Shown: in pieces, positions 35,863 through 45,764 of the stretch | Layout: the number at the start of each line of letters is the position of its first letter | Position numbering within the stretch: the first letter of the stretch is position 1 | Assembly: GCA_937625935.1 (NCBI GenBank) | Contig: OW569387.1 | Span: 186,001 to 250,000, forward strand | Length of the DNA stretch: 64,000 bases | Direction of reading: 5' to 3' | Source: Tetramitus jugosus | Lineage: Eukaryota; Protista; Heterolobosea | The notes under the pieces: model-generated | Database searches by the model: none | What the model saw: only the letters and a program-made list of their open reading frames with translations | What the model was told of the DNA's origin: nothing | Translations under genes and position numbers: made by a program

Positions 35863-36903
35863 ATGAACAGTTTATTTTCCTCGGGTAGACTCCCCACTGC
35901 CTCCCAACTGTTTTTCAATGATCTCTACCGGGCCATGCAATCATCTGGAGACGTCAAATTGTCTCAGTTGACTCACCTGTCACCAAAAGCGGATTTACCA
36001 GCGGAACAAGTCGTCCAGATACATCAGGATTTTATAGATTGTTATGACTATCATTTGAGTCATCCATTGTCGTTTATTCACAGTCAACCAGGTGCCTCCG
36101 TCGTGTTAACTGCGCTCCGCTTCGGAATAATTTACTTGGACCAGAATGAGGGGTGCGAAAGCAAAGTGATTTGTCAGTTGACTGACTTGTTGAACGAACG
36201 ATTGAACTACCATGAACAACAACAACAAATTGACAATGAAAAACACCGACTAGTGAGACCTGATTTATTGATGTCCATGTGCTACAACAATAGAGCATCC
36301 AAGTATGACAAATTAGGACAGCATGCACGAGCTATTGAAGATTACAATCGATCAATTGATATCGAATCAGAGTTTAGTGTGTTCTATTATAATCGAGCGT
36401 GGTCGTATGAAGAGATGCGAACGAAAAAGGAGTCGACAGACAGTGAAGACGATCTGTGGGCACCATTGGACTCGACCAGTGATTCTGTTGTGGATGAACA
36501 GAGTGGAGTTCATGAGCTTTCTACTCAAGAAATGGAAGAATGCACATTTAGGGACTATTGTAATGCTATACGGGTGGATCCGAGACACACATTGGCTCGT
36601 TATGGTCGTGCAGTCAAGTATTATTATCGTGGACAGTACCGATCGGCAGTGCGAGATTTGAGTGTAGTGATTGATGAGTTGGAGCCTGAGAGTGCGTTCG
36701 CACGATCACAGAGAAGTTTTTGTCTGGAGAGGATGGATCGAGTGATTGGAGCACTTCGGGACATGAATTTTGCAGTTGCGACACAACGGTATGAGCAGAG
36801 AAAAGATGAACAGTGCTCATATGAGAGTAGTTCAGCAGAGATGATGCGAGAGAAGGAGCTGAGACGGTGCATTCAGATCAAATGCTCAGATGTGTTGTTC
36901 TAA
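35863..36903 (+). CDS. TPR-repeat protein
   Basis: YNNRASKYDKLGQHARAIEDYNRSI, FYYNRAWSY, ARYGRAVKYYYRGQYRSAVRDL; start uncertain (35653, 35803 or 35863). Confidence 0.85.
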   Translation: MNSLFSSGRLPTASQLFFNDLYRAMQSSGDVKLSQLTHLSPKADLPAEQVVQIHQDFIDCYDYHLSHPLSFIHSQPGASVVLTALRFGIIYLDQNEGCESKVICQLTDLLNERLNYHEQQQQIDNEKHRLVRPDLLMSMCYNNRASKYDKLGQHARAIEDYNRSIDIESEFSVFYYNRAWSYEEMRTKKESTDSEDDLWAPLDSTSDSVVDEQSGVHELSTQEMEECTFRDYCNAIRVDPRHTLARYGRAVKYYYRGQYRSAVRDLSVVIDELEPESAFARSQRSFCLERMDRVIGALRDMNFAVATQRYEQRKDEQCSYESSSAEMMREKELRRCIQIKCSDVLF

Positions 36904-37194
36904 TAAACATCACAAGGTGTAATTGACAAAGGAGATTGATCACACATTTACTCCCTCACCTACGTCGACACAGCATAGTATCAATTTAACAACATGGTGA
37001 TAAAAGTGCACTCACACGTCTAAAACAAGCGTTTCAATTGTTTCAAACAATTTGCTTCAACTGGCAGCTCCCTTGTTGGAAGTTTTATCAAAACAATATT
37101 GTTTTCATTTTCGATCAATAATTTCATCCCAACAGTTCTTCAACAAATTTATCTCATAAAAGTGACATATCATCTAGTGTACTTGTGTCTACCT

Positions 37195-37646
37195 TCAGAT
37201 TTGAGAGAATAATAAGGGTGTATTGATAGGCTTCATCGATGGACTCCAGTAATTGTTTCTGCCTAATTTGTGAAAATTGGCGTTCCAAGAAGTACGACTA
37301 TTGATGACATTTACAAGAAGACGCGAGATATCAATAGTGACTTTTATTGGACCGAAGAACATTAATGAAACCAAAGGGATCACTCAAAAAGAAGCGGAAC
37401 AACACCTGCATGCTAGCACAACTGATAAACAACGCTTACAGCTGTATCCAACCGCATCGGGTTGCGCAGCACCTATTGACCGTTAAGGATTAGAACCGTC
37501 GTCCCTCACAACAATGCTGTTACTCTTGCGTGATCAATTCGTCCACCCGGTTTAGTGATTTATTGAACAACTAGCTAGAAAATATGATTGCTAGCTCACT
37601 TATTGTCCGTGTTGAAGTCTAAGAAATAAGTGTTTGGGGTTGTTGT
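37195..37646 (+). mobile_element. Possible degraded Tc1/IS630-type transposase relic
   Basis: Frameshifted fragments in transposase order: SDLR..RIIRVY, IGVPRSTTIDDIYKK, GITQKEAEQHL, LTVK, ISVWGC; no TIRs found. Confidence 0.3.
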
Positions 37647-37703
37647 CCTGTTTGATAATTTACATTGTGGAACGTTTGTTTATCTACAGGACCAAAGAAT
37701 GTA

Positions 37704-39092
37704 CTATATCGTTGTGACAACGGTTGTATCAGACAAGAGTCCCTTTTGCTGAGTAGCGAATAGCTTGTTGGAGAAGGCAGACTGACTCTTCGGCACACTG
37801 TACAAGAAGACGTGGTTCCCAGTTGGAGCACAGCCGATTAGGAGTTCACTGTTGAATGAATCCTTCGAAACCCAGGGCACAAAAACTTCAGAAACAGAAC
37901 TTCTATCCTTCTCGAGTGGACATATCAGATGAGCCTGATCAGAACCAACGAACTCCTTGGAGCCACAAACGTGAGGTATTCCTTGGTTTGTAATAAACAT
38001 TGTAAAAGTCACTCCACAACCGTAATCGAGCACAGGTCCAATCGACAGAGGAATCTGAGTGACGATCAATTGTCTGTAAACAATAGGAAGTCCCAGAGCA
38101 CCATGTGAATTCTCTCCACAACCATAAAAATTGTTTGAGTGTGTTCGAAACACAGTGAAACAACTTCCACATCTTGCATCAACAACTTTCTCATCTGGTG
38201 GAACACCAGCCACCAAAGTAGGACTCACTACATTGATTGGAGAAGCAGAGTTCAATCCACATTGGCCATGGTTATTATAACCCCAAGCATAAGCTGACCC
38301 ATCCTCTGCAATCACTATAGAATGCCATTGACCACACTGTACCTTCTTAATTACCTTCAATCCACAGAGATCTGGATGATCTACTCTGAGAGGAGTGTGA
38401 CTCGCTTTATCCTGTATCCCTTGACCCAGAGAGCCAAATGCACAGTACCCAGAAGTATAAACACAATTGTCAACTGTTACAAACACTGTATGAAATGCAC
38501 CGGGTGAAATATACTTCAATTTTTTGCCCTCGATCCTGTCCAATCTCACAACCTTATTGATATTGTCGGTCCCAGTTGATAATCCACATTCTCCATGGGT
38601 GTTGAATCCTGCAGCAAACACAGACTCATATCCTTCACTAATGAAGAATGAATGGAGACCTCCACACGTTGTTTCAACAATATCACAATTGGACAACTCT
38701 GGTATCAATGTCACCTGTTTCACGATGTCCATCGTATCAGGCAAAGCACAGCCGCCATAAGAATTACTACCACAACTAAACACACGCCTCTGATTGGTCA
38801 CAAACAGTGAGTGAAATTGACCACAGGACACATGCTGCACGTACTCTCCAGGTTCAAACAATTCCCTCTCAGATGCAAACTCTTGTCCGATAGATCCATA
38901 TTGCACCACTTGAACAAACGACTTGACAAGATCTCCTGTGTGATCACTGGGTGAACCCAGAACGAGATATTCATGGTCTTTCTCCGTACACTTGTTGTCC
39001 TCATAGTAGGAACGATTGAATCCGGTTTGATGGTGTTGAGAGTCGCCAGCACCATGTACATTCAACCTTCTTTGCACTTTTGCAACTGACAT
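37704..39092 (-). CDS. RCC1/BLIP-II repeat protein
   Basis: Repeated VSCGQFHSLF, CGGLHSFF, GAFHTVF, CGQWHSIV...WGYNNHGQCG; ATG at 39092. Confidence 0.9.
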   Translation of the reverse strand: MSVAKVQRRLNVHGAGDSQHHQTGFNRSYYEDNKCTEKDHEYLVLGSPSDHTGDLVKSFVQVVQYGSIGQEFASERELFEPGEYVQHVSCGQFHSLFVTNQRRVFSCGSNSYGGCALPDTMDIVKQVTLIPELSNCDIVETTCGGLHSFFISEGYESVFAAGFNTHGECGLSTGTDNINKVVRLDRIEGKKLKYISPGAFHTVFVTVDNCVYTSGYCAFGSLGQGIQDKASHTPLRVDHPDLCGLKVIKKVQCGQWHSIVIAEDGSAYAWGYNNHGQCGLNSASPINVVSPTLVAGVPPDEKVVDARCGSCFTVFRTHSNNFYGCGENSHGALGLPIVYRQLIVTQIPLSIGPVLDYGCGVTFTMFITNQGIPHVCGSKEFVGSDQAHLICPLEKDRSSVSEVFVPWVSKDSFNSELLIGCAPTGNHVFLYSVPKSQSAFSNKLFATQQKGLLSDTTVVTTI

Positions 39093-39203
39093 GTTCTCTC
39101 TCTTTTTTCTCAAGTTCCGAAAGAACTGGACTTCTTTTTTTTGAGCCCACAAAACTCGAAGCCATGAACTGGGGTGGAGGAGTCGTTTATTTTGAATTCA
39201 GTA

Positions 39204-39713
39204 CTATTCTTTGGGATTCTTCCTCGCAAGAAATTTGTCAAGAGTAGAAGGAATGTAGATAGATTTCCCAGCAATCGTAAAACCGATGATGGAGTCTGCC
39301 AAAAGAGCAATCATGAAAAAGCCACAGTCACGTACTCTGACGGGTTCCAAGCGTGAAACAATCATTCCCACAGTTTTCTCCACCACAAAACCGGAGACCC
39401 CGGACAGCACCCTTTTCGACATCAATTTTCTCCACGAGCTGTTGTTCGATCTTTTGATCAATAAAATCTCTAAACTGTTCCTCAGAGATCCCAAGAGCAT
39501 TCAAACCAATAATCGCCACAAACAAGATGGAAACCAGCAAAGTTAGAGCTGCTAAAAAGGACATGAATATGGAGGGTAGTATCATTCTGACAAATGGATA
39601 AATCAGAAGCATGTAAAGTGCTATGCAGATACCGACCTTTAACTCAAACCAATGTGACCACAGAGGACCAATAGGTTTGATGGAGCAAAGAGCGAAGTAA
39701 TCTTGGATATCAT
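39204..39713 (-). pseudogene. Broken tandem paralog of the 40039-40716 membrane protein
   Basis: Same start (MIS...LLVLCGHIG), ~172-nt internal deletion giving TAA at 39641-39639, second frameshift near 39410; LYMLL..RMILP..FMSFLA and FTIAGK shared. Confidence 0.7.
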
Positions 39714-40038
39714 CTTGTTTTGATTTTTGTTATTGCTTTTGAATCTTCAGTTGTTTAACGTTTCGTTTTTCATTACAACTTCTTTTCTTTCGGGCTTTTT
39801 GCTTGTGATGTAACCATCATGAACAATGACGTCACCAAGGATGAATTCAAGGTGTTTTCTGTCTTGTCTTGATGTCTCCTTGACTTTCAACAAGGAAGAC
39901 CGCTGTCAATATTTCATCCGATTATCTTATCTTTGAAATGAATAGAAGCAAGAATCTCTTCATTTTTACTATAGCAGAACGTTGTGAGTGTCCCAGATAT
40001 CAGCAATGGATTAATGTTACAGATTGTTTATTTTGAGT

Positions 40039-40716
40039 TCAGTTCCTTCTTAGCTCTGCCTCTCTGACCACTTTTTCAATAGCGTCCGGAAAGTAGTAAC
40101 ATTTTCCAGCAATTGTAAAGGCTAGCATTGAGGAGTCATGTAAAAGTGCAGCCATGAAAAGGCCGTGGTTGACTACCCTGAAGATGTCAGAATTTGAAAG
40201 TACATGATTCATGGTTTTCTGTCCAATGAAGCTGGAAAACATGGATAGTAACCCATTTTTTGTGTCAACCTTGATTTCGAGTTGTTTTTCAACATTTGCT
40301 TTGACAAAGGCCGTAAACTGTTTCTCAGAGATAGCCAAGTCTCGCATACCAGAGAGAGTTACGAAGACGATGGAAACCACCAAAGTTAGAACTGCTAAAA
40401 AGGACATGAACGAGGGAGGGAGTATCATTCTGAGCATGGGATCCATGAGAAGCATGTAAAGTGTGATGTTTCGACCGACCTTATCTATTGACCAGAGAGA
40501 AAAGCACAACATCGCGAGAGAAAATCTAATATCACCAGAGTAACAGTAATTCATAATTACACTGATAAATTTAATAATGATCAGCGAATATACTCTGGAA
40601 TTCGTGATAAAGGCAAGAATGATGATGGTCAAGACGAGCCCTAAAAAGTATACCAAACTATAACCAATGTGACCACAGAGGACCAATAGGCTTGGTGGAG
40701 TAAAATTGGATATCAT
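40039..40716 (-). CDS. Hypothetical multi-pass membrane protein
   Basis: 225-aa hydrophobic ORF with a protein-level homolog immediately downstream. Confidence 0.7.
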   Translation of the reverse strand: MISNFTPPSLLVLCGHIGYSLVYFLGLVLTIIILAFITNSRVYSLIIIKFISVIMNYCYSGDIRFSLAMLCFSLWSIDKVGRNITLYMLLMDPMLRMILPPSFMSFLAVLTLVVSIVFVTLSGMRDLAISEKQFTAFVKANVEKQLEIKVDTKNGLLSMFSSFIGQKTMNHVLSNSDIFRVVNHGLFMAALLHDSSMLAFTIAGKCYYFPDAIEKVVREAELRRN

Positions 40717-40937
40717 CTTGCTTTGTTCTTGATTTTTTGTGAATCAACGATTGCTCGTAAAAAACTTTGTAAGGTTTCCTTACAACTTCTTTTTAGGACT
40801 TTTGCTCGTGACGTCACCACGGAGAACATATGGAAGGAGATCTCCTCCTATGAACTTCGGATTTCTCCCATTTCGCCCCGACTGACTTTATCAAAAACAA
40901 CCAAATCAAACAAACCGTGTTTTATATAACCAAAGAA

Positions 40938-41315
40938 ATGATGAAATTATTCATGTAGGTGTCACCCTAATTGCTTTATATTATTGATCACAAACGAACC
41001 AAAAAACACCCCAACTAACAAATTCCAAATTCCAAATTCACAAACAACAGTGAATACTGTACTAGCTGAGGATACGCTTCCACTTTCAGACAAGCAAAAG
41101 CTTTTTTCGAGAGTGGAGGAGACATTGTTGTCGCAGGCAACGTTGGAATGAAGAAACCAAGGAGTGGTGCTTTTGAGATCACATTGGAAGATGGAACTGT
41201 GCTCTTCTCAAAGTTGAAAACTGGCAAAAAACCAAGTATGACTGATCTTCAGTCTATTCTTGGCCAGTTGTTGGAGTCCAAGGAGGAGAAGGAGGAAGTG
41301 GAGGCAGAGCTCTAA
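40938..41315 (+). CDS. Rdx-family (SelW/SelH/SelT-like) selenoprotein, 93 aa; exons 40938-40954 and 41051-41315; Sec UGA at 41067-41069
   Basis: Spliced product MMKLFIEYCTSUGYASTFRQAKAFFESGGDIVVAGNVGMKKPRSGAFEITLEDGTVLFSKLKTGKKP...; CxxU and GxFEI...FSK Rdx motifs; intron GTAGGT..ACTAAC..CAG; downstream SECIS candidate. Confidence 0.9.
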
Positions 41316-41543
41316 AAAAAGCAACCCGTTTCACTTGTGTGCGACCACTTTTTGAATGGTTGTTTTTTTTGTCTTGTTTGTGGTATCATGTTGTTGCTTG
41401 TTTGTCATGTGAGTAGGTGTTGGTAATAATTGGTATGTGGTTGCTCACATTTTCGATCAAGAACTACATTTTCCAAGACGGAGAAAAAAACAACTGCGCG
41501 TTGAGCTATGTCTCAGAAGAAAAATCAAGGAGAGAAATTGGTT

Positions 41544-41649
41544 AGCTATGCATGTATCCATGACGACTGGGGAATGAATTCAAACCTTTTTCTGCCTTAT
41601 GCCTTTGTGCACGAGGGTTTGTTCCCTGTCTGACTTTCGTACTATAGCT
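41544..41649 (+). promoter_or_regulatory. SECIS element candidate in the selenoprotein 3'UTR
   Basis: Helix I AGCTATG/TATAGCT; core ATGAC (41560)/TGAC (41631) giving tandem G.A/A.G; helix II GACTGGGGAAT/GTTCCCTGTC; AA at 41577 or AAA at 41582. Confidence 0.7.
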
Positions 41650-41822
41650 TGTCCAAAGTCCCTCCGTTGAATGTTTCTCTCAAAGAGATCTTCAGTTCCG
41701 TGCATCGATGGTGATGTCGCGTAAAAATTCATTCGATAGAATAAACGCTTTTTGTCGAATTTGGGCTTGTTTACGGGAAAGCGAGCGGAGTTCATTTCTT
41801 TTGTGAACGAACCAAAGAACCA

Positions 41823-44411
41823 ATGAAATGGCCAAAGATCCATAAGGTGAACCATAAGGTTGCTGTCAGTTCTGCAATGGATTCTGCAACCTATGATGAC
41901 ACGACAAGAGACTATGTTGGTAAGACGGACAGTGGTGAACAGAAGCGGTCAGTGGAAGGAACGTCTCTATCCTCGAAAATAGTTGCTTATTTCTTGAGCT
42001 TGAGGGTCTTGACACTGGTTGTAATGTACGGAATTGCTCTTTCATCCTTGGTTATTATATCAGGTAATATTCTTTTATTCAGTGTGTTTTTAATGCATGT
42101 AGCGAAACATGTACCCACAATAACCCTTTCACCTTTCTGAATCCAGGAATTGGATATGGATACTTTGCCCAATCTTTCAATAAGAACATACGCCTGCTGC
42201 GTAAATCAGTCTTTTTGGAGATTTCATCGTACACCGAGACAACCTTAAGAAGAACAACGGATGTTGCCGCTTCCGCGGCAATGACAGTCCAACAAGGCTA
42301 TGTTAATGGTTCAGACCACGCTTCTATTCGAAGTTTCACATGGAACATGTTTCATTATTACAACACACATGGATTTGACATGCAAACAGCAGTCTATTGT
42401 GTCAGAGAGAGAGGTTATTTCCAAGGATTTGAAATTGTGAGAGAATCAGGATACAGGCACGAAATATCATCTTGGGGTCATCCCCTAACAATGACACTTT
42501 CACCAGTGATTGATGATGATGGTAACGTGAATGCTACTTCTGCCACATCTATCAATTTCAAGGATTTTGATGACGCTGTAGGCGATTTGTATCACATTGC
42601 AAGGAATACTCACAAGGCTAGTTGGCCACCGGGGTATACCAGATTACAACTCTCCTCATCCCTTTGGATCAGCTTCATCGTTCCTTTTTTCGATTCTACA
42701 ACGAATGACTGGCTGGGATACTATGGTGTAGACATAACAACGGAACAAATCAGCAAGTTCTATTATGAACAAACGAAACACATTGACGATAGTGTGGTTG
42801 TTGTGCTTGAAAGATCAACGGGATATCTTGTCGCTACGAATGATTTGTCGATCCCTCTTTATAGAGCGGAAGGGAATCAATCCATTCGGAATGATGGAAC
42901 TGACGTTAATAATACCCTAATTAGAAAGTCTTTAGAGTACTTTCGTGTGAAGTATGGAGAGAGATTTGAGCGATACAGTCCTACTCGTGTATCATTAGAT
43001 AAGTTTAAATTCAAAAATGAGATTTTCTTCTCTAATATTGGTTCTATTCAAGACCAATACGGGATAGATTGGATTCTGATCAGAGTAAGTGGTTTTGTTA
43101 TCCATAGATTTCATATCAATTAATCTGACCAACTTGCTTTCTTGTTAGATCTTACCTCGAGACGAGTTTTATCACGAATTTTTTAACTCCATTACGGTGT
43201 TGGTAATTGTTACTGGGGCAATTTTGGTAGGAAGTGGAGTCTTCTCGATACTTGCAAGTCATATGTTTGTGAGGCCTCTGAACAAATTGATTGAACAAAC
43301 AGGGGATATAGAAAATATGAATTTGGAGCATGCGAGAGAAGGATTCAAATCATTTTCTAGAATGACAGAGATTAGGACACTCCAGGCAGCTTTCGTATCA
43401 ATGTTAAAGAAACTCATGCTATTAAGATCTTTCATCCCTGACCATATTCTAGCCGCACTGGAGTCGAACGCTGACTTCAAACTGAACGATGGAGGAAACA
43501 CCGAAAACATCTTTAGTAGCTCTGGCGAATCGTCCAATGAGAACACTTTGGGGAAATCTCAAAGAGATACGTTCTCCCTGGGTCTCAATCAAGGCAGAGT
43601 ATCCATTATGGAAGTAAAATTTGTAAACTTTCAGAGGATATTACAAAAGATTCCAGTCAACGAGGCCACGGTCATGTTCAAAGACATTGTGACACAATTA
43701 CAGAGTATCGTCCGGATAACGAATGGACAATTTGTGAAAACTAGTCATTATCATATGACGATCGTGTGGAATGCTCAAGTACTGGTCGACGATCACATTG
43801 AGAAAGCATGTAAAGCAGCTTCACTGTTCGAAGAGAGAATAAGGAAGTGTGAACAAACTTGGAAGAACAAGAATCTTCCCTCTATGTCATACCAACTATC
43901 TATTGCCACTTCTACTGTGTTGTATGGGAATCTCGGCACTGAGAAATTGAAGTTCTTCACGATAATAGGACAGTGCATGGAACGTGCGCTCCAAATGGGA
44001 TCATACGCGCAACAATGGGGTGCCAATGTAGCTGTTGATTCTTTTGTTCACGAGAAGATTCAGAACCAGTATGTCACTCGTCCACTCGAGTTCTTGAATG
44101 CTGAAAAGAAGGAGAAAATAATGATGTATGAACTGGGGGAACTTAAGAAGCACCAAGCAGATGAATGGATGTACGAGCTTGAACAGGAGAATAAATATAT
44201 TAGGTGGGATTGTTACAGGAAAGCTCATTCCCAGTTTCAGGCAGGCAAAGTGGAAGAAGCAAGGAAACGATTACAAGAATTTATTGAAGATAATCCAGAT
44301 GATCAACCAGCCAAAACTCTATTGAGGAAAATTGAAGAATATAAATCAACAGATGTGATCACGATTACTCCGTTTGATGATGGTGAGACATCTGATGACG
44401 ATGTCATATAA
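41823..44411 (+). CDS. Receptor-type class III nucleotidyl-cyclase-like protein (TM, Cache-like sensor, TM, HAMP, cyclase fold, TPR-like); exons 41823-42063, 42147-43084, 43149-44411 (~813 aa)
   Basis: Two TM segments; LGYYGVDITTEQIS Cache-like; RPLNKLIEQ...EIRTLQAAF HAMP; LRSFIPDHIL; SIATSTVLYGNLG..FTIIG cyclase fold; frame-preserving GT-AG introns. Confidence 0.85.
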
Positions 44412-44684
44412 CGAACAACATGTCATCCATAAACTAAATTATTATTTTCTCTCCAATGAATATAGTTCAATCGACGGAAAAAACACAAAATGAAGCCATT
44501 GTCCTCAACAACACTTGATCATTCAGGTAGAATATACGTTTGTTCACCACTGCACATCATCACCATCATCATCATCAACATGCTGCCATTGTCAATTATC
44601 ATCAATAACTACTGCACAGTTGTGAATCTTCTTCTTTTGTTCACAGACACACCACACATATCAAACATATTCCACAATCAATCT

Positions 44685-45572
44685 TCATGTATCGAAAATA
44701 CTCTGAGAGAAACTAACGTTGGAATCGGCTGTCGTAGGTGTCATGACTGGTGATTTACTCGAATCAACACCCAAATGTTCATTCATCTCTGCTTGCAACA
44801 GCGAAAACAACAAATCACTGATAAACATTTGTTTTACACGTGCGTCTTTGATCACTTCCTTCTTCGTCTCTGCTGCTGCTGCTTCTGCTTTTCCATCTTT
44901 TGCTTCTTCTGTTTTTTCCTGTTCTTCTTCTTCTTCTTCATTTTTCGTTGTTAATTGAGCAGTCGTACTGACAGAAGACTTCTTGGTGGGCACATAATCA
45001 TCATCATCACCAAACAATCCAAAACCATCATCTTCATGATAATCAATTTCTTCTTCATCATCACCAAATAGGTCTCTCGCACTCATTGAATTGTAACTTG
45101 CACTATTCGTCGTATCATTATTCTTACTATTCTTACTATTCTCATTATTATTTTCATCATTCTTCAAAGTCGTTGTCGTGTTCGATGATGACGACGACGA
45201 TGAAGCAGTAGAGCCATTCTTGGCGGGAAGCGGTAAATTACCACATAATTGTCCGCCGTTCAATAGAAACGGACAATTAGGAACATGTTTTTCATGTTCT
45301 CCTTCTGGCGTATCCAACGGTTCCCATTTAGAGAGTGTGACACCACATACAAAGCACGTACATCCATCAGAGATGCCAGAATAGAAGAAACCGGATCGTG
45401 CAAGAGAGTCTGGTCGTATGTGAGGACAATTGATTTGGTTCACTGTTTGAAAATCACTTGTAAAGGAACAAAGTCTGTCCCATTCTCGCCTCATGTGACT
45501 GTATTTGACAAGAATAGGAGGAGGATCATCATTGTTTTTCAACATGGCGTCAATATTGGTGGTCGAGGTCAT
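44685..45572 (-). CDS. Single-BIR-domain protein (IAP/survivin-like)
   Basis: RLCSF...LARSGFFY...CFVC...WEPLDTPEGEHEKHVPNCPF: BIR with CxxC/H/C zinc ligands. Confidence 0.9.
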   Translation of the reverse strand: MTSTTNIDAMLKNNDDPPPILVKYSHMRREWDRLCSFTSDFQTVNQINCPHIRPDSLARSGFFYSGISDGCTCFVCGVTLSKWEPLDTPEGEHEKHVPNCPFLLNGGQLCGNLPLPAKNGSTASSSSSSSNTTTTLKNDENNNENSKNSKNNDTTNSASYNSMSARDLFGDDEEEIDYHEDDGFGLFGDDDDYVPTKKSSVSTTAQLTTKNEEEEEEQEKTEEAKDGKAEAAAAETKKEVIKDARVKQMFISDLLFSLLQAEMNEHLGVDSSKSPVMTPTTADSNVSFSQSIFDT

Positions 45573-45631
45573 TTTTTTTTTGTGTGTTGTTGTTGTGTTT
45601 GAGTGTTTTTTTCTGATGTTTTTTTCTAATC

Positions 45632-45657
45632 TTCGCGGCGGAAATTTGAATTTCGCG
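45632..45657. promoter_or_regulatory. E2F/CDE-CHR-like composite element upstream of BIR gene
   Basis: TTCGCGGCGGAAA-TTTGAA-TTTCGCG, 60-85 nt upstream of the ATG at 45572. Confidence 0.45.
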
Positions 45658-45764
45658 TGAGCGGCTAATTTTTTCCAGTGAAAAATTACAGTGTTGCCAC
45701 AGAAAAGTAAGTTATTTCTGATCAGAGAGAGGTGTGGTGTTTCATGTTTATTTCAAAGTGTTGT

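Noticed and set aside
37488-37503. TTAGAACCGTCGT resembling an LSU rRNA motif
   Set aside because: Similarity does not extend on either side
41407-41450. Hairpin ATGTGAGTAG/TTGCTCACAT in the selenoprotein 3'UTR as an alternative SECIS
   Set aside because: Fully paired stem without a tandem G.A core; may be a 3'UTR intron (GTGAGT...AG) or chance
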